A DNA stretch of 64,000 nt, taken from the NCBI GenBank assembly GCA_012401045.1, contig GCA_012401045.1_4704.1; one strand, 5' to 3'. The stretch is from a phage. Of this stretch, positions 46,019-54,625 are shown one piece after another. The translations under genes were made by a program, and so were the position numbers. Under the pieces are notes generated by a model that did not search any database, was not told where the DNA came from, and saw only the letters and a list, made by a program, of their open reading frames with translations. The first letter of the stretch is position 1. The number at the start of each line of letters is the position of its first letter.

Positions 46019-47665
46019 TTAGGCTCCACGAGGTCCCGTTAAGTTGCGTAATAGGAACGCAACCGTATCGTAACCAATATCGATGTTGAATTTATTTTTA
46101 CCACTTACCCAGAAAGCTCGCTTCTTGTGCGAGTTGGTAATTTCGTCAATAGCTTCCATGGAATAAAGAACGTTAACCGAGACCGTATCACCATCAAAGT
46201 CCCCACCAAGTCCGGCGAGGTATGGCGCAGGGACAATAGTCGTTTCTACGAACGAAGCATTAGGTAACCAGTCGGGGTATTCCCATGCGATAAATCGTTC
46301 ATCCGTTATTGGTTCCCAGTTACTATCCAGTTCGGTTTTCGGTTTTGCGGCGACGGTTGTACGTGCGTAACAGGTTAACGGGATAACGGATTGCATACCT
46401 GATACCGGATAACGTGTTACCATCGCAGCCAGGTTATTCCAGTACTTATATCCGGCAATATAGATAAGCTCGGTGTAAGTAATGGGGTGAACATCCGCGC
46501 CAGGTTTATTCAACATCTCCGGGGGTAATTCACTCATGCCACGGAATAACCGAAACGAATCGTTGTTCACATAGACGAGGCAAAGATATCGTCCATTGAC
46601 CATGATAGGCTCGTTACGCACGCCAGGATCGCTTAAGGTGTTCAGTAAACGTTCTATTCCGTCCCATGTTGTAAAGTCATCGATGGTGTCTGGATCAAGC
46701 GTGACGCGCTCACGTTCCATCGTTTCGGTATCAGTAAGTTCAACTTCTGTAACATCACGGACAAATATTTCCTGCAAAATACCGGTACGTAACGCATGTT
46801 GCGTTACTGGGAGAGCGGCTTTACTCATCTGGTATAACCCTAACTGAACCGCGGTACAGGAAGGCTGGTTAGGCGACCCTAATACCTCCGTTGTGGGGTT
46901 AATTGCCGAAATAACGTTACGGGTTGAGTTCCAAACGCGACGTGAACCAAACTTACCTTGGAAGATCCCTTTCTTACCCTGGAACATATCCAACAGTAAA
47001 GCGTAGATATCGTTGAATGTTCTCTGTAAGCTCCAGCGCTGGCCGTCGTAAACGGGATCGGAATAATCTTTTAATCCATCAGGGACGGTGTTAGAAATTG
47101 CAAGGAAACGACGATACAACTCCGTGATTTCTTGCTCGCTTTCATACCCACCTTCTTTTACTTCTATTTCACGTAAGCCTGCAGGCAATACCAGTAAGTG
47201 ACGGGTCATCGCTTTGAACATGTTCTCTTCGACAACTTTAATTCGTAGCTCTCGTTGAGCTGAACCCGTTGAAACGAACTTGATATCCGCGACGTGTTGT
47301 GCAAAGAACCCGTATCCTGTTTGTCCTGTTAATGCATCAGACGCAACGAAGTCGCGTTGTTCGGGATCCCACCGAGCGTACGCCTTCCCCGACATGATAT
47401 CGCCATAGAGGTGTTTTAATCGAATGAGACGGTCGTAAATGACAGGATGCAGGATTTCAACCTTGCATTCAATCACCGCAAATCGACGGTCTCGATCTTC
47501 ACTACCCGCACTACCAAAGATGGTGTAAGAATAGAAACCATCATCGTGGAAATTACCGGTGCTTGGGTCACGAATGCTCATGCTCGTGATCTTGGGGAGA
47601 AAACGTAACTGCTGTTTATCGAGGTGTAAAATACTAATATTAAACGGCTCTCTGACTTTAGCCAT
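46019..47665 (-). CDS. virion RNA polymerase beta-prime subunit, N-terminal fragment (548 aa, phiKZ gp180-like)
   Basis: RRFAVIECKVEILHPV resembles RMGHIELAAPVAHIW. An intact catalytic GGDFDGDTVSVNV is present. Start set at the ATG at 47665, 8 nt after an AAAGAGGAG RBS. Confidence 0.85.
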   Translation of the reverse strand: MAKVREPFNISILHLDKQQLRFLPKITSMSIRDPSTGNFHDDGFYSYTIFGSAGSEDRDRRFAVIECKVEILHPVIYDRLIRLKHLYGDIMSGKAYARWDPEQRDFVASDALTGQTGYGFFAQHVADIKFVSTGSAQRELRIKVVEENMFKAMTRHLLVLPAGLREIEVKEGGYESEQEITELYRRFLAISNTVPDGLKDYSDPVYDGQRWSLQRTFNDIYALLLDMFQGKKGIFQGKFGSRRVWNSTRNVISAINPTTEVLGSPNQPSCTAVQLGLYQMSKAALPVTQHALRTGILQEIFVRDVTEVELTDTETMERERVTLDPDTIDDFTTWDGIERLLNTLSDPGVRNEPIMVNGRYLCLVYVNNDSFRLFRGMSELPPEMLNKPGADVHPITYTELIYIAGYKYWNNLAAMVTRYPVSGMQSVIPLTCYARTTVAAKPKTELDSNWEPITDERFIAWEYPDWLPNASFVETTIVPAPYLAGLGGDFDGDTVSVNVLYSMEAIDEITNSHKKRAFWVSGKNKFNIDIGYDTVAFLLRNLTGPRGA

Positions 47666-47910
47666 GGAGACACTCCTCTTTACCACCACCGGCTGCGGCG
47701 GTATCATCTGAACACACGAGAGACGTAATGGGTGATGGCGTCACCCATCGCTTCCTTGCTTGAGGCGAGGAAGTTATTAGGTTACGTACCTGCCTGATTT
47801 TATCAGGTGGGCGATGTGTGAAGTTACGCTTCAACATTATCAATGCCGAAGGTAAACTTCGTGCATCACGTTCCAACGTAACATGGGAACGTATCGAACT
47901 GGAGGTATAC

Positions 47911-50900
47911 ATGGTAGATAAAACCCGTGTTGAGGGTGATGATAATTGGGACAACTGGGATGAAGACTTCTCCCTGGATCTCGATTTTAACGAACCCAAA
48001 GACGATCGTAAACCGATAACACGCTTTGCGATAGGAGCGGTTAAAGGTGCTGCTGAGGATCTTACTTCCTACGAAAGAATGAAGGAGATCGCCAGAAACG
48101 CATTGCCTAAGGGCTACAGCGACGGTATGGATCTTATTGATTCCGCCGTCGGATCCACGAAGGAACTATACAATGAAGCCGTTCGTGACGTTCTTCCTAA
48201 GGTCCAAAGCTCAAAACGGTTAGCCGCACAACTGACCAAGAAATACCGTGCGAGCATGCCCGATTTCTCGAAGAAAATTCTTGAGCAATGGGAGCGAGAA
48301 GCCAAGGAAGAAGACGAACGTAAACAAGCTGAAGAAACCCTTCGTCAACGCATGGCGAGCGCGGGGGACGATGAGATCGCCCGCAAGGTTGCCGAGGCAT
48401 TAGGCGAATCAGCAAACCAAAGCGCGGATCAGTTCGCTGAACAGCAAGCGAAAGAGAGTATCCGTGACGATATCGCTGACAAACGGTACGCTGTAACCAA
48501 CAAACAAATGAGTGCGATGCAAGAAGGCGTCGCCAAGATGGTTGGTTTCAACAATGAATTCGCTGCACGCTACATGCGTAAAAGCCTGGAACTGAAATAT
48601 CGTTCCTTAGCGATTCAACGTGCAAGTTTTGATCAGCATAAAAAGTTAGCCGAAGTCTATATCGGTTTATTACAAAACATCCAGAAGAATACGGCTTTAC
48701 CTGATGCGGCTAAAGCAAAAATGTCGGAAGAATTCCGCCGTAGCGCGTACCAACGTTTCTTTGGTAATGCGTTAGATGCGATGAGTTCTTTCGAGAACCG
48801 TTTCTTTGCCGATGTTAAGAAAAACCTTGCCACCAACGCATTAGGTGCTTTAAAAGGCGTCGTGTCTGGCGCAAACGATGCGTTATACGGTTTAAACGAA
48901 GCACGTGACTCGATATCCATGATGGATGGGATGGGGTCAGATGGCGATATTAAGGAAATGCAAGGAAAGATGTTGGGTCAGTTCATTGGCTCAACTGTCG
49001 CACCATGGATGGCTAATAAAGGCAGGATGGCGTTACGCGATTTAGCAAAACGTCACCCCAATGCTAAATTCGCTAGCGCGTTAAAAGCCGTGGATCAAGG
49101 TGGTGAGGCTGCCGCTTACACAACGCGTAATCTCGGTAAACTGCTCCAGGAAGATATTCGTAAGAACGAATTCAATCTTAGCGATCCGTTTTACAAGCAA
49201 TTGTTACGCGGTGCAGGGCGTTGGGCGTTCAACATGGACAGCGGACGTAACTTCCGCGTGATGAACGACACCGCTGAAACACTGGCAGAGCAAACATCTT
49301 TCGACGGTTTAACCTACCGCAGCATCAACGAGGTTATTCCAGGCTTTCTTGCACGCATTCTGAAAAGCAGTGAAGGCATCCGCACCGGAAACAGCGATCC
49401 TGACTACGAGGTCTATGACGGCATCAGCGGGCAATTCGTGTCTCAGCGCACGCGTGAGCAAAGCGTCAACGACACGCTGTTTAACAAACGTTCATTTGGT
49501 TATTACGCCAGCCGTTTCAACGAGGTTATCTCGGTCATCGATCCCGATAAGCAATTATCGGAAAAAGCCAGGAAGGCACTGGCTAAACAGTTGGCACGAG
49601 ATAGCGACGCGAACATCGCATTCGACCCGGCTCGTTTTACGGATGAAAGCAACTTCGATCGTAGTATCGACCGTGACGCTATTAAGGAACTTTCCACGTA
49701 CTTTCGTGACCGTTACGGTATTCGTGACGATATCAACGATAAGGGGGAACGTCATCAGGTCATTGGAAACCGCGGGCAATATTACACGGAACGTAACCGA
49801 GCCGATCTTCGTTACGGTAATCTGAAATCTTTACAACCGGATATCCAGCGTAACCTTAACCTGCTGAAACGTACTGGTGACGTCCAATATCTGGAACGGA
49901 TCGGGATTGTAACGAGAAATAGCGACGGAAGTTACTCGGTTAATCACGATAGGTATTTCTCTGAAATCGATCGGTACATCGACCGGCCGGAGTACGCTGA
50001 CCGCGGCGATGTTAATACGCGATTAACCGCTCAGGAAACAAGAGCGCTGGCGCTGGGTTATCGTGACGCAAAACCATCAGCTGGTGACGTCCAAAATGTC
50101 GGCCTGCCGAACATCGGTCGTAAGGCTGCTGGAACAGTAACCGTTGATGAAAACATCGGCTACGATAAATGGTGGAACGACACAGGTGTTATCACCACAT
50201 CGCTTGAAGAACAGAATCGAGCGTGGCAAGAGCTTTATCTCGAGGCGTTGTCCGAAGCATCCGAACAACGTGTTGAAATGCTTGCGCTGCTGAAAGCCAT
50301 TTCTGAGAAAGACTGGTCTAATAACGTTTCGCTGGATGGTGAAGATGTACCTGAAGGTACAGCACCCATTTCATTTATCGATCGTGCCAAACAAAAACTC
50401 GGCGGACGCAACCTGTTTAAAGGCGGCCGCAATCTCCTCTGGAAAGGAATTAAAAATACCGCACGTTTAGGTGTTAAAGGCGCACGCTGGGGTGCAGAAC
50501 GCACGTTGGGTAGTTTGGTAAATTCTGGCCGACGCATTATCAATTTCAACCGCTTCGTGTTCGGCGCATTATCCAAGGTTGATCAGGTTCCGTTTGACAT
50601 TTACGTTAAAGGGGAATCCCAACCACGCATATTGGTTGCTAAACTTCGTCAGGGGTTATACTTCGATGAAGCGACAGGAAAAGCCGTAAAACGGATGAAG
50701 GATATCAAAGGCCCACTCGTTGATGCGGATGGAAACATCGTAATCAGCAACGAGGATATCGAGAAAGGGTTGGTCACTCGCGCTGGTCGTGCCTTTGAGA
50801 ATTCAGGACTTAAAGCATGGGCACGTGAAGGTCTTAATGGAATAACGACGGCATTAAGTCTCCCACGGATGTTAAAACGCGGTGCGGTTGAGATCTACAA

Positions 50901-53900
50901 ACAGCTTGACAAAACACCCGACGTTTACGTCAAGGGAGAATCAACGCCTCGTCTGTTGTCCATGGTGTTAGCAGCGGGTGGGTATTTCCGTCGCTCGGAT
51001 GGACAAGTCATCAAAAATCTTGAAGACATCGATGGTGATGTTGTTGATGCACAAGGTAACGTCGTACTTACGCTTGCCGACATGCAGAAAGGACTTGTCG
51101 ATAAATACGGTAAAGCGATTCGTCGTTTAAAAGAAAAGCTCATCAACTTCGGTGTAAAAGCTTTTACGTTACCGTTAACGTTGCTACGTAAGACAAAGGA
51201 CATCCTTAAAGCCCTTCCAGGTAAAACCGTTAACGGTCTACGGCGGATGGGATTAAATTTCCAATCACCTGACGCGTTACTGGTGGGAACAACGTCGAGC
51301 ATGGTAGATCGCCTCGATGCTATTTACCAGCTTCTTGACCAGCGTATGCCGGGAGGTGATAAGGATTACCGCGATTGGAATGGCGATGGTGTTCGAGAAG
51401 GATCGTTGGAAGACCTGAAACGTAAGCGTGAAGCCAAGGAAAACGGTAAGGATGACATCGGCAAAGATTCCAATAAAGGAGAAGAAAAGGAGAAGAAACG
51501 AGGGTTACTCGGAAGCCTTTTCGATATGCTCGGTGATACCGCAATAGGTAAACGTCTCATGGCGAGTCCGCTTGGAAAAATTCTGGGTGGTCTTGGGGCG
51601 GTGTTAAGCGGCGGTGCGTCGTTAACTGGGTTGTTGGGCAAAGGTCTCATTAGAGGAACCGGCGCGCTGGTCAAGGGAGGACTAAGTGCGGCAGGATGGT
51701 TAGGACGTGGTGCGTTAATGGCGGGTGGGGCCGCGTTGAACGCCGTTGGTGGGTTATCGGGATTAGGTGCATTCCTCATCTCACCTGTTGGGCTTGCTAT
51801 CGCTGGCGGTGCGTTGGCTGCTTATGCTGGATGGAAGATCTATCAGCATTTCGCCGAGAAGCCTGACCCGATGCAGAAGCTCCGTCTTATTGCATACGGT
51901 GCAAAAGGGGACGATAAAGACTTCAATAAGAAGCTGCTTGCGACAGAAACATACCTCACCGACCATGTGGTTATGACCGGGGATACCATCGGATTCGATC
52001 CGAAAGCCGACTCGGAAAAGATTCTCGAAATCTGGGAATTGTCTCTGGAAGATTCCGACCGAATGAACGAATGGAAACGCTGGTATCTGCATCGTTTTAT
52101 TCCTGTTTTCGCTCGCGCGTACAAACTCTGGAAAGAGCATATGCCGGACGAGAAGAAATACATGGAAATGGATAAATATCCGAACGGTGAGAACAAAGTG
52201 AAATGGTCGGAAGCGTTTATCTGGCCTTCCGATAGTCCTGATGGTCCGTATTACGTCGAAGCTAACCCGTTGGGTTCTTCTGGTGCGACGCGTTATATTG
52301 CTGGTCAAGACGTCAAAACCTTGATGCTGAAACAACTCGAAGCCATCAAGAAAGAGTACCAGAATCAGATTAAGCAATACACTCATGATGAGGCTATTGC
52401 TGATTGGTCACGGATGTCTGACACACAACGTAAATCCGTTGCGCCTAACGCATTACGTGGTCAGAAAGCGTCATTACGTTTTAACGATAAACGTTACAAC
52501 AGCGCTGGTGCTAAAGGACGACAGAAACTGGATGCAACCGCGGTTATTGAAAGCGTAGACCGCCGTGGTAGGAAATGGGTTGCCGGTGGATACATCGATG
52601 AACTCACCAGTCTTCGTGTTCGTGCGTACGGTATTAAGGTTCCGTTGTTAAGTCAGATAAAAGTGCTGATGGAACTTGAAGACGCTGTAGAACCTGGCGT
52701 TGTCGCTGAAGGTAAAGGTGTTAAATACGGTGGCGATCTTGTCGCGCTCTACAAGAAATTCGCGACGAAGTTCGGAAGAGACGTTAACAGCAAGCATGAT
52801 CAGGATATCTGGTTTGCTTGGATGAACAACCGTTTCCTGCCCGTCTTTTTAACCTATTACCAACAAGTTAGCGACATGGGCGGTCAAGGACTTCTGTCCG
52901 ACGTGGTACAGAACCTGAAAGACAGCCAACGCTGGGAAATCGGTGAAGCACTTGTCGCAACGCAATACCGTGATGAGAAAGGTACACTGCAGCCTGTATG
53001 GTCCTGGAATAGTTGTGGTTTCTCCGGTACTGAAGCTAACACCACCAGCAGTTCAACAAAGAGCCAACTCGATCTGTTAAAAGAATATGCGGATAAAGAG
53101 AAGGTTCGTGAGAAGAACGCGGAAGCATCGCAAGAGGATACCGATAAATTATCGAAGATCCAAGAGCTGATGATGAAGCAGGCTGGGTACGAGAAGAAAG
53201 ACGGTGTCTGGCAGAAGAAATCTCGCATTACCGGCGGGATGAGTAACTCCGAAGCGAATTACAACCCCAATAGGAATAAGGTCGGTGAAAGCAGCTTTAC
53301 GGCTTCGGCTACTTCCAATGCGGGATTAGGGTCAACCGGCGATCTTACCGGATTGCCTAACATGGGCTTACAGAAACCTGCAATGGGACCAGGTCCTGAA
53401 GCTGGACGTCGTGCGCTTGTTAAATCCGCTGTAAAACGCGGCATTACCGATCCGATGGAAATGGCGATGTTCCTTGCGAACATCGAACATGAATCGGGGA
53501 ACTACACTCACGTACGTGAGGGGAACTATAAGACACCAGAGCGTCTTAAACAGGTCTTCCCTTACAAATTCCGTGATGTGCAGGATGCCGCACAGACGAT
53601 CAGCATGGGTCCGGAAGTGGTATTCGAACGTGTGTATGGTAATCGTAAAGATCTCGGAAACACACAGAAAGGAGACGGGGCGAAGTATTTAGGACGTGGC
53701 TTCATTCAGGTTACCGGTAAAGCTAACTACGCTCGTCTGTCCAAGACCTTGAATAAGGATCTTGTCAGCGATCCGACCTACCTGGAAACGCCGGAAGGTG
53801 CAGCGGAAGGTAGTGTCGCATGGTGGCTCAACCGAGGTAACGTATTACGCGATCCCGCAAAACGGGGTGACGTACGCCAAGTTCGTTATCTAGTTAACGG

Positions 53901-54576
53901 TGGCTATAACGGATTACGTGATGTTGAACAACGTTCTGCATATTGGATTCAGGCAGCTAAGAATGGCACCCTGAAGAAAATGATGGACGAGTTATCAGGG
54001 TCAACATCAGACGATCAAGCTGAAGGACCGACCACTGCCGAACAGGTGAAGAACGAAGCAGCACAAGAGGCAAACGGAACACCTGCTGTAAGCAACGATC
54101 CGCAAGCCCCAGTATCTTCTACCACCCCTGAAGCTAAACCGTCTGCGGCTGCCGGGACGGCCCCAGCACCTGGGGAAGCATCACCAACGCCTGGAAGTTT
54201 CGAAACAGCAAAAGCCGCGGCAGGACAACCGACATCAACTCCAGCACCTAGCGATTTGCCGTCAAACCCAGGCGCAAATCGAGGGATATCGGTTCCGAAT
54301 ACACCTGCACAGGTTGCGCAGTCTGCGACACAAACGTCGGCTGCAAGTGAGAACTTCTACGGTAGCGCAGGTGAAATTCTCCGACAGCAGCTGACCACAC
54401 AGCAGAACATCGAGAAGAACACCGGTAGAACGAATGAACTTATTTCGGAATTAATCCAAGCCGTTAAGGGTTCTTCTATCGGTAAGGGTTCTGCAAGTCC
54501 TTCTCAACAACAGACGATGTCACTACCTAATCGTCCGCAAGGAATCTCTCCAACACGGACAAGGTACGCACAGTAG
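47911..54576 (+). CDS. giant virion protein with tape-measure-like Gly-zipper segment and C-terminal GH19-type peptidoglycan hydrolase domain (2221 aa, phiKZ gp181-like)
   Basis: Start at the ATG at 47911, 6 nt after a GGAGG RBS. The N-terminal half is coiled-coil rich. A Gly/Ala/Leu hydrophobic segment spans about 51505..51845. NIEHESGNY...YLGRGFIQVTGKANY is a GH19 signature. The tail is rich in Pro, Ala, Ser and Thr. Confidence 0.75.
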   Translation: MVDKTRVEGDDNWDNWDEDFSLDLDFNEPKDDRKPITRFAIGAVKGAAEDLTSYERMKEIARNALPKGYSDGMDLIDSAVGSTKELYNEAVRDVLPKVQSSKRLAAQLTKKYRASMPDFSKKILEQWEREAKEEDERKQAEETLRQRMASAGDDEIARKVAEALGESANQSADQFAEQQAKESIRDDIADKRYAVTNKQMSAMQEGVAKMVGFNNEFAARYMRKSLELKYRSLAIQRASFDQHKKLAEVYIGLLQNIQKNTALPDAAKAKMSEEFRRSAYQRFFGNALDAMSSFENRFFADVKKNLATNALGALKGVVSGANDALYGLNEARDSISMMDGMGSDGDIKEMQGKMLGQFIGSTVAPWMANKGRMALRDLAKRHPNAKFASALKAVDQGGEAAAYTTRNLGKLLQEDIRKNEFNLSDPFYKQLLRGAGRWAFNMDSGRNFRVMNDTAETLAEQTSFDGLTYRSINEVIPGFLARILKSSEGIRTGNSDPDYEVYDGISGQFVSQRTREQSVNDTLFNKRSFGYYASRFNEVISVIDPDKQLSEKARKALAKQLARDSDANIAFDPARFTDESNFDRSIDRDAIKELSTYFRDRYGIRDDINDKGERHQVIGNRGQYYTERNRADLRYGNLKSLQPDIQRNLNLLKRTGDVQYLERIGIVTRNSDGSYSVNHDRYFSEIDRYIDRPEYADRGDVNTRLTAQETRALALGYRDAKPSAGDVQNVGLPNIGRKAAGTVTVDENIGYDKWWNDTGVITTSLEEQNRAWQELYLEALSEASEQRVEMLALLKAISEKDWSNNVSLDGEDVPEGTAPISFIDRAKQKLGGRNLFKGGRNLLWKGIKNTARLGVKGARWGAERTLGSLVNSGRRIINFNRFVFGALSKVDQVPFDIYVKGESQPRILVAKLRQGLYFDEATGKAVKRMKDIKGPLVDADGNIVISNEDIEKGLVTRAGRAFENSGLKAWAREGLNGITTALSLPRMLKRGAVEIYKQLDKTPDVYVKGESTPRLLSMVLAAGGYFRRSDGQVIKNLEDIDGDVVDAQGNVVLTLADMQKGLVDKYGKAIRRLKEKLINFGVKAFTLPLTLLRKTKDILKALPGKTVNGLRRMGLNFQSPDALLVGTTSSMVDRLDAIYQLLDQRMPGGDKDYRDWNGDGVREGSLEDLKRKREAKENGKDDIGKDSNKGEEKEKKRGLLGSLFDMLGDTAIGKRLMASPLGKILGGLGAVLSGGASLTGLLGKGLIRGTGALVKGGLSAAGWLGRGALMAGGAALNAVGGLSGLGAFLISPVGLAIAGGALAAYAGWKIYQHFAEKPDPMQKLRLIAYGAKGDDKDFNKKLLATETYLTDHVVMTGDTIGFDPKADSEKILEIWELSLEDSDRMNEWKRWYLHRFIPVFARAYKLWKEHMPDEKKYMEMDKYPNGENKVKWSEAFIWPSDSPDGPYYVEANPLGSSGATRYIAGQDVKTLMLKQLEAIKKEYQNQIKQYTHDEAIADWSRMSDTQRKSVAPNALRGQKASLRFNDKRYNSAGAKGRQKLDATAVIESVDRRGRKWVAGGYIDELTSLRVRAYGIKVPLLSQIKVLMELEDAVEPGVVAEGKGVKYGGDLVALYKKFATKFGRDVNSKHDQDIWFAWMNNRFLPVFLTYYQQVSDMGGQGLLSDVVQNLKDSQRWEIGEALVATQYRDEKGTLQPVWSWNSCGFSGTEANTTSSSTKSQLDLLKEYADKEKVREKNAEASQEDTDKLSKIQELMMKQAGYEKKDGVWQKKSRITGGMSNSEANYNPNRNKVGESSFTASATSNAGLGSTGDLTGLPNMGLQKPAMGPGPEAGRRALVKSAVKRGITDPMEMAMFLANIEHESGNYTHVREGNYKTPERLKQVFPYKFRDVQDAAQTISMGPEVVFERVYGNRKDLGNTQKGDGAKYLGRGFIQVTGKANYARLSKTLNKDLVSDPTYLETPEGAAEGSVAWWLNRGNVLRDPAKRGDVRQVRYLVNGGYNGLRDVEQRSAYWIQAAKNGTLKKMMDELSGSTSDDQAEGPTTAEQVKNEAAQEANGTPAVSNDPQAPVSSTTPEAKPSAAAGTAPAPGEASPTPGSFETAKAAAGQPTSTPAPSDLPSNPGANRGISVPNTPAQVAQSATQTSAASENFYGSAGEILRQQLTTQQNIEKNTGRTNELISELIQAVKGSSIGKGSASPSQQQTMSLPNRPQGISPTRTRYAQ
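50596..51243 (+). repeat. internal tandem duplication, 2 x 324 nt (108 aa), inside the giant virion protein
   Basis: DIYVKGESQPRILVAKLRQGLYFDEATGKAVKRMKDIKGPLVDADGNIVISNEDIEKGLVTRAGRAF is repeated as DVYVKGESTPRLLSMVLAAGGYFRRSDGQVIKNLEDIDGDVVDAQGNVVLTLADMQKGLVDKYGKAI, exactly 324 nt later. Confidence 0.8.
53404..53950 (+). other. GH19 (chitinase-like) muramidase domain within 47911..54576
   Basis: Catalytic-Glu region ANIEHESGNYTHVREG and the GRGFIQVTGKANY motif. Confidence 0.65.
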
Positions 54577-54586
54577 TCATTAGTTA

Positions 54587-54607
54587 AGGGCGGGAATCTC
54601 CCGCCCT
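54587..54607 (+). terminator. stem-loop (attenuator-like) between the giant gene and the next gene
   Basis: AGGGCGGGA-ATC-TCCCGCCCT hairpin followed by CTTCTT. The next RBS and ATG lie only 19 nt downstream. Confidence 0.5.
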
Positions 54608-54625
54608 CTTCTTGAGGAATGTTAC

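Noticed and set aside
47658-47999. A 113-aa minus-strand ORF spanning the divergent intergenic region.
   Set aside because: It overlaps the real start of the beta-prime gene and the 5' end of the plus-strand giant gene. It is Ser/Arg-rich and has no RBS.
51366-52386. Minus-strand ORFs of 137 and 201 aa inside the giant virion gene.
   Set aside because: They are antisense to the Gly/Ala-rich segment, which gives Pro/Arg/Ala-rich reverse frames. They have no start context.
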